A DNA stretch of 64,000 nt from the NCBI GenBank assembly GCA_963732385.1, contig CAVSZB010000002.1:192001-256000 (forward strand). Reading direction: 5' to 3'. The notes beneath the pieces were generated by a model, which searched no databases, was not told where the DNA came from, and saw nothing but the letters and a program-made list of their open reading frames with translations. This document shows, piece by piece, positions 54,502 to 64,000 of this stretch. Every line of letters starts with the position of its first letter. Positions within the stretch are counted from its first letter, which is position 1. A program made the position numbers and the translations under genes. This DNA comes from an uncultured bacterium (GTDB lineage Bacteria > Krumholzibacteriota > Krumholzibacteriia > LZORAL124-64-63).

Positions 54502-56247
54502 TCACCCGTCGCGCACGATCCACGTGACGAGCGCGGGCCCGCCGTCCGGGCGGTACTCGAGGGTGATGCGGCCTTCCGCGGGCACCTCGGCGACGATGAA
54601 CACCGGCTGGCTGGAGAAGTCCGGTGGGACCTGCACGATCTCGGGGTACGAGGCGACGTTCGGCCAGCCGGGCGGGACGACGTAGCCGTTGCCCTCCCGC
54701 CGGTATTCGAGCTCCTTCAACCTCTCGCCATCGGGCCCGAGCACGACCCACTCGGCCGGATCGACGAGGAACGTCCCGCTGCCGGGCCCGAACGAGCGCC
54801 GCACCTCGAGGTAGGCGTCACCGCTCGCCGGGACGACACCGGTGTAGCGGGGGACCTGCTCGACCCCGTCAACCACCACGCTGGTCGTGCCGCCCGCCGC
54901 CGCGAGCACCACCCGCTCGCCAAGGCGCGCCGCACCCTCGGTCGGCGTCGCGGCAGGGTCCGACGAGGGCGCCGGCGAGCGCCATGGCCACGAGGACGTC
55001 CCCTCGCGCACCAGGAACGCGAACTCGGTCACCCGCGTGCCGTCTCCACTCGGGTGCGCCAGCTGCACATCCACCGTCACCCGGCCGTCGCCGGTTGGGA
55101 TCGTCCAGGCCATGGTGCCGCGATACCGCCAACCCGGCCCCGGGTTGAGTGCGCTGGTCAGGACGGCTCCGGGCATCCTGTCGTACATCATCGTGTCCGC
55201 GAGAGACGTACGGTCGGCGTACATGGCTCGCACCGGATCGTGCCCGGGAAGGAACGACGCGATCGTCCCGTACCGGAGGACCTCGACCTCGACCTCGGCA
55301 AGCAGGATGGTGCCGCCACTCCACAGATCGGCGTCGGGCCGGTAGTCGGGGAACCGCTCGCAGAAGCGGGCGTCCGAGACGCGGATGAGGGCGCCCGGCG
55401 ACCCATCTGGGGCCGCGAGAATGCCGGTCGCTCCGAGCGCCAGGATGCCCGTCGACGGCGTCGCGCCGGGGGCCACCGGCTCGAAGCTCGGCCGGGCCGG
55501 CTCCGCCGACGGCTGGAGGCTCGCGAGCGCGTAGTCCTCGAGCGTCGGGCAGCGGCCCTCGAGGGGTGGCATCGAGGGTGGTGGGGGCATGCGATGGACC
55601 GCATACCGGAACGTGACGTGGCTTCCCGAGCCGAGGTAGCCGAGGTCGACGTGCTCGCTCTCGCCGGCCGCGATGACCACCGTGGTCGACACTTCGGTTC
55701 CGATGGGCGCGCCGGCCGGGATCGCCAGCGGGTCCGGGGCGCTCACGCCGACGCCAGGCGCCTCCGCGCGGCCGCTCCGGATGACGATGAAGCGGTCGAT
55801 CCCGAAGGCACGGTCGAGACGGCCGATGAGGCGCACCTCGATCGTCACGCCGACCCCGTCGCCTCCCCGCGTCGCGGCCGGCGACACGCGGACCAGGAGC
55901 GCCGGCTCGCCGTACGCCGTGGCCACGGCGACCCGCCCGAGGGCGATCTGACCGGTGGTCGGCGTCGCGTCCGGCGCGAGGACGCTCGGCCACGGCTCGA
56001 TCGTCGCCGGCGGTGTCGTGGCGACCGGAACGTCGCGCGAAGCAACGGCGAGGACGGCGATCGCGACGACACCTACCCCCGCCGCCACGAGGAGGGCGGC
56101 CGTTCGCCAGCGGGATGGCGCTCCCCGGCCGGCGGCGATCTGCCGGGCGACCGGCGCGTCGGCCCAGCGCGGATGCGGGCCGTGGACCGGGTCCAGGTCG
56201 GCGGCGAGGGCGGCCCGCAGGTCGCGCTCGAGGCGCTGCTCAGCCAT
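54502..56247 (-). CDS. Membrane-anchored protein (probable anti-sigma) with three repeated extracellular modules
   Basis: LERDLRAAL N-terminus, a TM helix, three P.ATP..G...LG-initiated repeats; overlaps the ECF sigma stop. Confidence 0.7.
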   Translation of the reverse strand: MAEQRLERDLRAALAADLDPVHGPHPRWADAPVARQIAAGRGAPSRWRTAALLVAAGVGVVAIAVLAVASRDVPVATTPPATIEPWPSVLAPDATPTTGQIALGRVAVATAYGEPALLVRVSPAATRGGDGVGVTIEVRLIGRLDRAFGIDRFIVIRSGRAEAPGVGVSAPDPLAIPAGAPIGTEVSTTVVIAAGESEHVDLGYLGSGSHVTFRYAVHRMPPPPSMPPLEGRCPTLEDYALASLQPSAEPARPSFEPVAPGATPSTGILALGATGILAAPDGSPGALIRVSDARFCERFPDYRPDADLWSGGTILLAEVEVEVLRYGTIASFLPGHDPVRAMYADRTSLADTMMYDRMPGAVLTSALNPGPGWRYRGTMAWTIPTGDGRVTVDVQLAHPSGDGTRVTEFAFLVREGTSSWPWRSPAPSSDPAATPTEGAARLGERVVLAAAGGTTSVVVDGVEQVPRYTGVVPASGDAYLEVRRSFGPGSGTFLVDPAEWVVLGPDGERLKELEYRREGNGYVVPPGWPNVASYPEIVQVPPDFSSQPVFIVAEVPAEGRITLEYRPDGGPALVTWIVRDG

Positions 56248-56806
56248 GCCGGACCTCCTGGACGGGGATCGTCGCAGCGTCGGGACGGACCAGCTCGCGC
56301 TGGAGCCGCTCGAGCGCGCGGTGGAGGATCACGCCGACGTTGTTCGCGTTCGTCCCGAGGATCGAGGCGACCGTCGCGTAGTCGAGATCGTGGTAGTAGC
56401 GCAGGACGACGGCTGCCCGGTCGCGGGGCTCGAGCGCGGCAAGGGCGCCGTCGAGCGCCAGGTGGTCGGTCGCCCGGCGGACGTCGTCGGCTGCGGCCGC
56501 CGTCGGGCCCGCCACGTCGAGGGCAACGAGCCGGGGCCGCGGGCGCCGTGCCTCGGTCATCGCCCGGTTGACGACGATCCTCAGGAGCCAGGCCTGCGCG
56601 GGGGCGTCGCCGCGAAAACGTCCGCGTCCGCGGTAGGCAGCCAGGTACGCCTCCTGGACCGCGTCGGCCGCCGCGCCGCGGTCGCGCAGGATCGCCCATG
56701 CGGTCCGGTAGGCGGCCGGGTACGTGCGCTCGTAGAAGGAGCCGAAGTCGTCCAGCTCCGCCCGGAACGCCATCCGATCCTCCACGAGGGCCAGCGTCGT
56801 GCCCAT
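56240..56806 (-). CDS. ECF sigma-70 factor
   Basis: AADAVQEAY, WLLRIVVN, VVLRYYHDLDY..LHRAL. Confidence 0.9.
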   Translation of the reverse strand: MGTTLALVEDRMAFRAELDDFGSFYERTYPAAYRTAWAILRDRGAAADAVQEAYLAAYRGRGRFRGDAPAQAWLLRIVVNRAMTEARRPRPRLVALDVAGPTAAAADDVRRATDHLALDGALAALEPRDRAAVVLRYYHDLDYATVASILGTNANNVGVILHRALERLQRELVRPDAATIPVQEVRHG

Positions 56807-56878
56807 CTCGACAATACGGACGCTGCCCGCGGTCCGCTTCTTACACGGACCCGCCGCGCGCCGGAAGGGCCGAGTGGG

Positions 56879-57592
56879 TCAGGCGCCCGGGGCCGGCCGC
56901 TGGAGGTGGGCCAGGAACTCGGCGCGGGTCTTGTCGTTGGCCCTGAAGATCCCGAGGACGTGGCTCGTCGTCATGACCGTGCCCGGCTTGCGGACGCCGC
57001 GCATGACCGCGCAGAGGTGCGTCGCCTCGATGACGACACCGACGCCCTGCGGCCGGAGGTGCCTCATGAGGAAGTCGGCGATCTGCGACGTCAGCCGCTC
57101 CTGGACCTGGAGCCGGCGGGCGTACATCTCGACGATCCGGGGGATCTTCGAGAGGCCGACGACCCGGCCGTCCGGGATGTAGGCGACGGCCGCGGTCCCG
57201 AAGAACGGCAGGAGGTGGTGCTCGCAGAGGCTGTAGAAGGGGATCTCCTTGACGACCACCATCTCCGAGTAGTCGACGTCGAAGATCGCCCCGTTCATCA
57301 ATCGTGCCGGGTCGACGTGATAGCCGGCGGTCAGCTCGGCGTACATCCGGTGCATGCGGCCGGGCGTGCCGGCGAGCCCCTGGCGGTCCGGGTCCTCGCC
57401 GATCTCGCGGAGGATCTCCCGCACGGCAGCCTCGACGCGACCGTTCGGCTGCCCGGCGTGACTCCGGGCGCCGCCCTCGATCGCGGCGGCGGAGACGAGC
57501 GCATCGGGGTCGGGTCGTGGCTCCTCGCCGATCTCGGTCTCGATCTCGTCGACGATCGTGCGGACGTGCTCGGGAAGCGGCTGACCGGTCAT
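56879..57592 (-). CDS. folE: GTP cyclohydrolase I
   Basis: [47 protein letters not shown]. Confidence 0.96.
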   Translation of the reverse strand: MTGQPLPEHVRTIVDEIETEIGEEPRPDPDALVSAAAIEGGARSHAGQPNGRVEAAVREILREIGEDPDRQGLAGTPGRMHRMYAELTAGYHVDPARLMNGAIFDVDYSEMVVVKEIPFYSLCEHHLLPFFGTAAVAYIPDGRVVGLSKIPRIVEMYARRLQVQERLTSQIADFLMRHLRPQGVGVVIEATHLCAVMRGVRKPGTVMTTSHVLGIFRANDKTRAEFLAHLQRPAPGA

Positions 57593-57720
57593 GGCGGCAT
57601 CGTAGCCCGCGGCGGGCCGACCGGCATCGCCCAGCGGCCCAACCGGCCCTTGCCGGGTGCCGCGGGCCGCCCGACGCTCACCCTGCTCCGGTGTGTCCCG
57701 CACCGGGAGGGAGGACTGCC

Positions 57721-58227
57721 ATGCGTCTCCACCTGCGCCGGCCCTGGCTGGCCGGCCTCGTTGTCGGCCTCCCCATCGCCGCGGCCGCCTTCGTCGTCGT
57801 CGAGCTCCTCCCCTCGCTCCGCGACATCGGGCCCGCGGTCGGCCCGGCCGCCGCAGTCGGGATCGTCGTCGCCTCCATCGTCATGGCCGAGCTCGCCGCG
57901 CACCGCCACGTCCGACCCTGGCTGGCGGTCGTCGCCTGGATCGGCGTCGCCCACGCGATGGCCTCGATCATCGTCGTCGGTGCCGCGATCACGGAGACGG
58001 AGGCCGGAACCCTGGCGGCATCGGTCGGTGTCCTCTTCGGGCTCGTCCTCGTCATCCTGACGATGGCGGTTCCCTGGGTGATCGGCGGCATCGCCTGGTT
58101 GTACGCGGTTCGTCGGGTCTCGGGATCGGCCGAGGTTCCTGCGACGACGCCGGAAGGTGTCGCTCAGGCCGGTGGTTCGAACCCGGCCGAGGTCAGCACC
58201 GCGGAGGCCACCACCCCGGGCTCGTAG
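57721..58227 (+). CDS. Membrane protein (4 TM)
   Basis: GGAGG RBS; four hydrophobic segments. Confidence 0.65.
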   Translation: MRLHLRRPWLAGLVVGLPIAAAAFVVVELLPSLRDIGPAVGPAAAVGIVVASIVMAELAAHRHVRPWLAVVAWIGVAHAMASIIVVGAAITETEAGTLAASVGVLFGLVLVILTMAVPWVIGGIAWLYAVRRVSGSAEVPATTPEGVAQAGGSNPAEVSTAEATTPGS

Positions 58228-59154
58228 CGGACGAGGTTGTGGCCGCGATCGGGGAACGCGGCCGCGCGGATCGCCGATCGCCCGGTCGCGGCCCGCCGGC
58301 CCGCCACGTCGCGGAGCGCCGCCAGGCGCGACCCGTCCACCTCGTCGCGGGCCGCGAGCGCCACGATGCGGGCCGCGACGAGGGGCAGCACCGCGCCGGG
58401 CTCGTACGCCCACATGGCCCCGACCGATGCCCGCAGCGCATGCCCGTGGATCGCGAGCTTGACGCGGCCGGCGGCCGTCTCGACGACCTGGGCCCGCGCC
58501 GCCCGCTCCTGGTCGGCGTCCCAGGTGGCCGGGTCGAACGCCTCCCGGTCGGCGAGCCACGCCGCCATCGAGGCAAGCACCTCGGGGGGCTCCTCGATCG
58601 TCGCCAGCCACTCGTCCGGCGTCGCCTCGGTCGCCGCGGCGAGGTCCTCCCAGCCGCCGTCGACGAGCACCAGCCCGGCGCACCGGTCACCCAGGGCGTT
58701 CGCCGTCCAGGCGGCGACGATCGCGCCGTAGCCGATGCCCCCGACCACCAGGGGTCCGCCCGGGCGCTCCCCCGAGAGCGCGAGGAGGCCGGCCCCCTCG
58801 GCGACCGCGATGGCGTCGCCGGCCAGCTGGTCCGGCTCGTACCCGGAGGTCGGCGCATCGGAGAGACCGTGCCCGCGGAGGTCCATCGCCACGACCCGCC
58901 GGTCCCTCGCCAGCCGTCGGGCCACCGGCGCCCAGGTCCACGCCGTCTGGGCGAGGCCCGGGATCAGCAGCACGCCGGGGACGCTCGCGGGGCGGCGCGG
59001 GGACGGCCCGGCTGCGTCGGGATCCCAGTCGAGGAAGTGGATCCGGACCGCGTCGTCCACCTCGACGAGGAACCCGGCGGGCTCTGCCGCGGGGTCTGGC
59101 GGCGGGTCGGGGAAGGTCCGGGGGCGCCAGGCCCGGCCCGCTGACGAGGTTCAT
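58164..59154 (-). CDS. Alpha/beta-fold hydrolase-like protein (5' frameshift)
   Basis: RIHFLDW, LLIPGL, AMDLRGHGLS, LVLVDGG, GHNL. Confidence 0.8.
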
Positions 59155-59176
59155 CGCGCCGTACGATACCGCCGCC

Positions 59177-59605
59177 ATGTCGAAGCGCCGTCGCGGGATC
59201 CCGGCCGCCGAGCTCGCCGCCCTGCGGCGACGTCGGGCTGCCCGTCACGTCCATTTCGAGGATCTCGTCGACCGCGCCGTCGCGGGGATCCCGATGCCGT
59301 TCGCGGCCGCCCTGGACGAGGTGGCGATCGTCATCGCCGACGAGCCGTCGCCATCCCAGCGCCGGGAGAACGAGCTCGATCCCGACGACACGCTGTACGG
59401 GCTGTACGAGGGCACGCCGCGAACCGCCTGGGGAGCGGACGACGTCCCGCTCCCGAACACGATCACGATCTTCCGCCTGCCGCTCGAGGAAGACTTCGCC
59501 GACCCGCTCGACCTCGAGGACGAGGTCCGGATCACGGTCATCCACGAGCTGGCCCACCACCTCGGCATCGACGACGACCGCCTCGAGGAGCTGGGCGTCG
59601 ACTGA
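59177..59605 (+). CDS. Minimal zincin-like metallopeptidase (DUF1025/Zincin_1)
   Basis: LYGLYEGTP, ITIFRLP, TVIHELAHHLGIDD. Confidence 0.9.
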   Translation: MSKRRRGIPAAELAALRRRRAARHVHFEDLVDRAVAGIPMPFAAALDEVAIVIADEPSPSQRRENELDPDDTLYGLYEGTPRTAWGADDVPLPNTITIFRLPLEEDFADPLDLEDEVRITVIHELAHHLGIDDDRLEELGVD

Positions 59606-59694
59606 CTCGTGCGAGCCGGTGGCCCACGCGGCGGGTCGGCCCGCAGGCGGGTGGGGTCCCCGGGCGGGGCGAGGCCCGCCGCTGCCGGGGCGCT

Positions 59695-60732
59695 TCAGAT
59701 CCCCGGCAGCGGAGCGGCCGCCGCGAGGAGCTCGCCGAGTCGCGCGACCTCGACGTTCCCGCCGGAGAAGACGACGCAGACCCGCTCGCCGTCACGGAAC
59801 GGGACCCGGCCGTAGCAGGACCGCCGCCAGCGCGGCGGCACCGGCCGGTTCCAGGACCTGCTTCATCCGCTCGGCAGCGAAGCGGAGGCCGGCGAGGATC
59901 TCCGCGTCCCCGAGGAGGACGATGTCGTCGAGAGACTGCCGTCCGAGCGCGATCGTCGTGTCGCTGGCGAACGGGGCGTTGAGGCCGTCGGCGACGCTCG
60001 CCGGGCGAATCGGGACGGGGATGCCCGCGGCGATCCCGAGGGCCAGCGCGTTCGACGTGCGCGGCTCGACGCCGTAGACCCGGGCAGCGGGCCGGCGGCC
60101 TTTCACGGCCGCCGCGACGCCGCAGGCGAGGCCGCCCCCGCCGACCCCGACGACCACGACGTCGACCTCCGGCAGGTCCTCGACGATCTCGAGCCCGACG
60201 GTCCCCTGCCCCGCCATCGTGGCCGGGTGGGCGAACGGGTGGACGAAGGTGAGCCGTCGTTCGCTGCGGATCCGCTCCATCGCGGCCCAGGCCTCCGCCG
60301 TGTCCTCGCCCTCCAGGATCACCTCGGCGCCATAGCCGCGGCACGCCTCCACCTTCGATCGGACGGCGGTCACGGGCATGACGACGACGGCGTGGACCCC
60401 GAGCAGCCCGGCGGCCACGGCGACGGCGGCGGCGTGGTTGCCGGCCGAGATCGCGATCACGCCGGCGCCCCGCTCGGCGGACGTCAGGCCGGCAATCCGG
60501 AACGATGCCCCACGGACCTTGTACGAGCCGGTCCTCTGGAGGTGCTCCGCCTTGGCGTACAGTCGGCCGTCGCCGAGCCGCGTGCCCGTGGCCGCCTCGA
60601 CGACCCGCGCGGCCGTCGTCGACGCGAGCAGGGGCGTCCGCTCGACCTTCCCGGCGAGGAATGCGGCTGCCTCTACGATCCGCTCGAGCGGAAGGGCGGG
60701 GGGCGGGTCGACCGGCGGGTGGGTCGAGCCAT
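59695..60732 (-). CDS. Threonine/serine dehydratase (PLP fold II); start approximate
   Basis: KAEHLQRTGSYKVRG, SAGNHA, GQGTVGLEI, VGGGGL, EPAGA, SGGN. Confidence 0.9.
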
Positions 60733-60846
60733 CGCCGCAGTATCGCAGCCGCCGGCCTGCGTCGGGACCCTGTGCGAGGCGCCGCCCTCGCGCTATCCTC
60801 GGCGGAGCACCCAACCCTTGCGCGACCGCAGACCGGAGGCCTCCCG

Positions 60847-61467
60847 ATGCCCGGCTTCACGCCGTTCACCCGGAACTACACCGACCTCTCCGACGAGAAC
60901 GGCTACCAGTTCGAGTTCCGCTGCGACGTGTGCGGCTCGGGGTATCGGAGCGAGTTCATCCGCTCGAAGCTCGGCACGGCCGGCAGCGTGCTCTCGGGCG
61001 CCAGCAACCTCCTCGGCGGCCTGTGGGGCGCGTCGAACGCCGTCAACAGCGCCCGGGACTTCGTCGATCGCGATGCCCGCGACGAGGCCCTCGAGAAGGC
61101 CGCCAACGAGATCATGCCGCTCTTCACCCGCTGCGTCGGCTGCCACAACTGGGTGGACGAGACCTGCTTCAACCGCGACCGCAACCTGTGCACGGGCTGC
61201 GCACCCAACCTGGCCGCCGAGCTGGAGCGCGAGCGCGCCAGCGTCGAGATCAACCAGATGCGGGACGCGATCCGGGACGAGACCGTCTTCTCCGGCGACA
61301 CGTCGGCGCGCCGGACGGTCTGCCCCACGTGCGACAAGCCGGTCGGGTCCGAGAAGTTCTGTGCCAACTGCGGGACGCGCCTCGGCACGGCCCACTGCAC
61401 CGATTGCGGCGCGGAGCTGCCCACGGGGGCGAAGTTCTGCGGCAACTGCGGGACGAAGGCCGGCTGA
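60847..61467 (+). CDS. Multi-zinc-ribbon (double zinc ribbon) protein
   Basis: CDVC, CVGC, CTGC, CPTC, FCANCG, CTDC, FCGNCG. Confidence 0.85.
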   Translation: MPGFTPFTRNYTDLSDENGYQFEFRCDVCGSGYRSEFIRSKLGTAGSVLSGASNLLGGLWGASNAVNSARDFVDRDARDEALEKAANEIMPLFTRCVGCHNWVDETCFNRDRNLCTGCAPNLAAELERERASVEINQMRDAIRDETVFSGDTSARRTVCPTCDKPVGSEKFCANCGTRLGTAHCTDCGAELPTGAKFCGNCGTKAG

Positions 61468-61480
61468 GCCGGCCCGCCCG

Positions 61481-62860
61481 ATGGCCGCCGACTCCAACCT
61501 GGCCACCTACCAGGGCCAGATCCGGGTTCCGGGCGCCGAGGCCGCGGCCGGCAGCGTCACGCTGGACGCGTCGGCCGCCATCGTGGCGCGCGACGGCATG
61601 CCGCCGCGGACGCTCGCCTATCGCGACATGGCGGTCCTCGCGATCGCCGACGGCGTCGGCCTCGTCGCCACGGGACCCGGGCCCGACGAAGAGCGCTGGC
61701 TCCTCGAGAAGATGGGGGCGGCCGCCGGGCCCGTGATCGCGGCCCTCCGCGAGCGCCGTCTCCGCCAACGCCTCGCCGACGCGTTCGTCACGCTGCCGCC
61801 CAGCGAGCCGGTGGAGCTCGTGGAGTACGCGGGTGATGGCCTGCCCGGCACCGCGGGCGAGTCGGCGGCCGTCTCGGCGAGCGTGGAGTCGGCCGAGGCG
61901 GAGCGTGGCGTTGCCCAGCTCGCGGTCGACGGCTGGGGCGCGACGCTCGCCCCGCTCGACGAGCGGCTCCCCGCGCGACGGATCCGCCGCGCCGAGATCC
62001 GGACCGTGGAGCTCCTGCCCCAGGTCGGCGGCCTCCGGATCGCGACGCCCGTCGAAAGCCTCCGCCTCCTGCGTCTCGGGGCGGCTGCGGCGCGCCACCG
62101 GGCCCGCCTCGTCGAGCTTCCCGCGGCCGCCCACCGCGATGCGGGTGCGATCGTCGCGGCGCTGGCGCCCGATCTCGCTCCAGCGGATGCCGCCCGGGCA
62201 GCCGCGGCCCTCGTCGACGGGCGACCCGCCGCCCCGGCCGACCTCGGCGACGCCTGGGACGCCCTCGAGCGCGGCGTCCTCCGCGAGCCCGCATTCGCCG
62301 CGTCGTACCTCACGCTGCGGGATCGGGCCGGCGGTGCCGCTGCCCTTCGCTGGCTCGCGCTTGCCCCCGAGCGGCCGGGCGCCCCGGAGAGCCACCGGGC
62401 GTGGTTCCTCGTGGCCCTCCCCGGTAACCTCGTCGCGCTCGAGCTCGTGAGCGAAGGCGCGCACGCGACGTACTGCTTCCGGACGCTTCCCCGCGCCGTG
62501 TACGCAGCCGGCGCTGATCCGGCGGCGATCGACGCCGCCGCGGCTGGGGCCGCCGTCGCCCGGATCTCGGCTGCGCTCGTCGACGCGCGCTTCCTCCGCG
62601 AGCCGATCGCGCTCCCCGACGACCAGCTCGCGACGCCCGAGGGCATTCGCTACCGGCTCGCGCTGCGGGCGATCCCGTCGCTGGCCGCCGCCCGCCGCGA
62701 CTTCGTCGCACGCATCGTCCACCGCACCGAGGAGAGCTGGGCCGCGGCGCTCGACGACCTGATCGCCTGGCACGGGTCCTGTCGTGACGAGGCGATGGCC
62801 TGGCCCGGCCGGTCTGCCGAGGAGGCGCAGGTCGCCGCGTCGGGCGGAGGCGCCGGATGA
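61481..62860 (+). CDS. Hypothetical protein in the zinc-ribbon operon
   Basis: Long clean ORF; AWFLVAL, HATYCFR, FLREPI, FVARIVH..SW. Confidence 0.75.
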   Translation: MAADSNLATYQGQIRVPGAEAAAGSVTLDASAAIVARDGMPPRTLAYRDMAVLAIADGVGLVATGPGPDEERWLLEKMGAAAGPVIAALRERRLRQRLADAFVTLPPSEPVELVEYAGDGLPGTAGESAAVSASVESAEAERGVAQLAVDGWGATLAPLDERLPARRIRRAEIRTVELLPQVGGLRIATPVESLRLLRLGAAAARHRARLVELPAAAHRDAGAIVAALAPDLAPADAARAAAALVDGRPAAPADLGDAWDALERGVLREPAFAASYLTLRDRAGGAAALRWLALAPERPGAPESHRAWFLVALPGNLVALELVSEGAHATYCFRTLPRAVYAAGADPAAIDAAAAGAAVARISAALVDARFLREPIALPDDQLATPEGIRYRLALRAIPSLAAARRDFVARIVHRTEESWAAALDDLIAWHGSCRDEAMAWPGRSAEEAQVAASGGGAG

Positions 62861-62902
62861 TGGACCGTCCCGCCGCGACCCTGGCGACCTGAGGAGCCCT
62901 GG

Positions 62903-63340
62903 ATGCCCACGTTCAAGCACCCCTGCCCCGCCTGCGGCAAGTACATCTCGCGGGACGCGGCTCGCTGCCCGTTCTGCGGGGCGATCGACCCGTTCGTGCC
63001 CGGCCGCTGCCAGGCGTGCCGGGCGCCGATCGAGGATCTCGCCTGGGTCGCCTGCCCTTCGTGCGGCGCGCCGCTGAAGGAGGGCGTGGCGCCGATGCCG
63101 AGCGCGGTTCCCGTGGCCGAGCCAGCCGCTGTGCCCGCGCCGCCCGAGGCAAGGGCGCCGGCCGGTGCACCGGCGCCGGCCCCGCCCGCGCCGGTGGCGC
63201 CGCCGGCGGCGCCGGGCGTCGCCCCGTGCGCGGCGTGCGGAGCGTCGCTCGACCCGGGCGCACGGTTCTGCACGATCTGCGGCACCCTCGGCCGGCTGAG
63301 ACCGCGAGACGGGGGCGCCCCTGGCCCGCGAAGGACGTGA
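62903..63340 (+). CDS. Double zinc ribbon protein with a Pro/Ala linker
   Basis: GAGGAG RBS; CPAC, CPFC, CQAC, CPSC, CAAC, FCTICG. Confidence 0.85.
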   Translation: MPTFKHPCPACGKYISRDAARCPFCGAIDPFVPGRCQACRAPIEDLAWVACPSCGAPLKEGVAPMPSAVPVAEPAAVPAPPEARAPAGAPAPAPPAPVAPPAAPGVAPCAACGASLDPGARFCTICGTLGRLRPRDGGAPGPRRT

Positions 63341-63345
63341 GACCT

Positions 63346-63378
63346 CCACTTGCGTTGTTGCGCAAGTGGTGAGATACT
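63346..63378 (+). promoter_or_regulatory. Palindromic operator over the arsR-trxA promoter
   Basis: CCACTTGCG-TTGTTG-CGCAAGTGG (63346-63369); TTGCGT-17 nt-GATACT. Confidence 0.7.
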
Positions 63379-63384
63379 CCGTCC

Positions 63385-63681
63385 GTGGAAGCCATCGCAC
63401 CCGCCACCGACCTCGATCGACAACGGACCGCCCTCATCGGGCGGGCGCTCGCCGATCCCAAGCGGCTCTACGTCCTCGAGACGCTGGCCGCCGGGGAGGC
63501 GTCCGTTTCCGAGCTGTCGGCGTGCGTCGGCTGCCATGTCCCGAACATGTCGCAGCACCTCGCGGTCCTGCGCTCCGCCGGCCTCGTGACCACCCGTCGC
63601 GAGGGAAGCACCGTCTACTACCGCCTCGCGGATCCAAAGGTCCTCGAGGCCTACCGCCTCATCCAGGGCCTCGCCCGCTAG
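63385..63681 (+). CDS. ArsR/SmtB-family regulator
   Basis: RALADPKRL, SVSEL, MSQHLAVLR.AGLV..RREG..VYY. Confidence 0.9.
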   Translation: MEAIAPATDLDRQRTALIGRALADPKRLYVLETLAAGEASVSELSACVGCHVPNMSQHLAVLRSAGLVTTRREGSTVYYRLADPKVLEAYRLIQGLAR

Positions 63682-63728
63682 GGCACGCCAGCGACCCGGC
63701 CCACCGGGAGAAAGGAATCGCGCCTCCG

Positions 63729-64000
63729 ATGGCCGAGATCAAGCACGCGACGGACGCCACCTTCGAGCAGATCGTCCTCCACGCCGAGCGCCCCGTCATC
63801 GTCGACTTCTGGGCCGCCTGGTGCGGGCCCTGCAAGCTCGTCGCCCCGGAGCTCGAGAAGCTCGCCGAGAAGTACGACGGCGTCGTCGACGTCGTGAAGG
63901 TGGACGTGGACGCCAATCCGGGCCTCTCGCGCGCCTTCAACATCATGAGCATTCCCACGATCGCCTTCTTCCCGGGCGGCGACAAGCAGCCGACGGGCGT
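63729..64000 (+). CDS. trxA: Thioredoxin (truncated by the window end)
   Basis: AAAGGA RBS; VIVDFWAAWCGPCK, KVDVD, IMSIPT. Confidence 0.93.
   Translation, partial: MAEIKHATDATFEQIVLHAERPVIVDFWAAWCGPCKLVAPELEKLAEKYDGVVDVVKVDVDANPGLSRAFNIMSIPTIAFFPGGDKQPTG

Overview
Very GC-rich bacterial chromosomal segment. The gene style suggests Chloroflexota (Limnocylindria-like) or an actinobacterium; this is inference only. It is mostly housekeeping and accessory metabolism. In order: a non-pyrrolysine MttB-family methyltransferase; an attenuator-led ABC-2/GNAT/rsgA operon; a molybdo-hydroxylase accessory cluster (coxD/coxE/xdhC/mocA); an aminotransferase; Ada/AlkA-Ogt-SRAP repair genes; three ECF sigma/anti-sigma pairs; an M16 peptidase pair; carA-carB behind a PyrR site; tRNA-Lys(CTT); aldehyde dehydrogenase/thiolase/hbd/meaB/B12-binding genes; folE; a zinc-ribbon operon; and arsR-trxA. 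Several stretches (about 0.1-7.3 kb, 26-27.4 kb, 37.5-42 kb and 44-51 kb) carry many single-base frameshifts in conserved genes. These look like long-read consensus errors, so many boundaries are approximate. The most striking unexplained structure is at 18.3-20.05 kb: an XRE-HTH + PD-(D/E)xK nuclease gene bracketed by two inverted pairs of an 18-bp GATC-N6-RGGATCAC motif (REPIN-like), with tandem arrays radiating from them. Other highlights are a leader-peptide/terminator attenuator, a doubled PyrR loop coupled to a short uORF, an orphan eCIS-effector-like zincin, a CysRS-tail/GT2 fusion, and a two-site ArsR operator.
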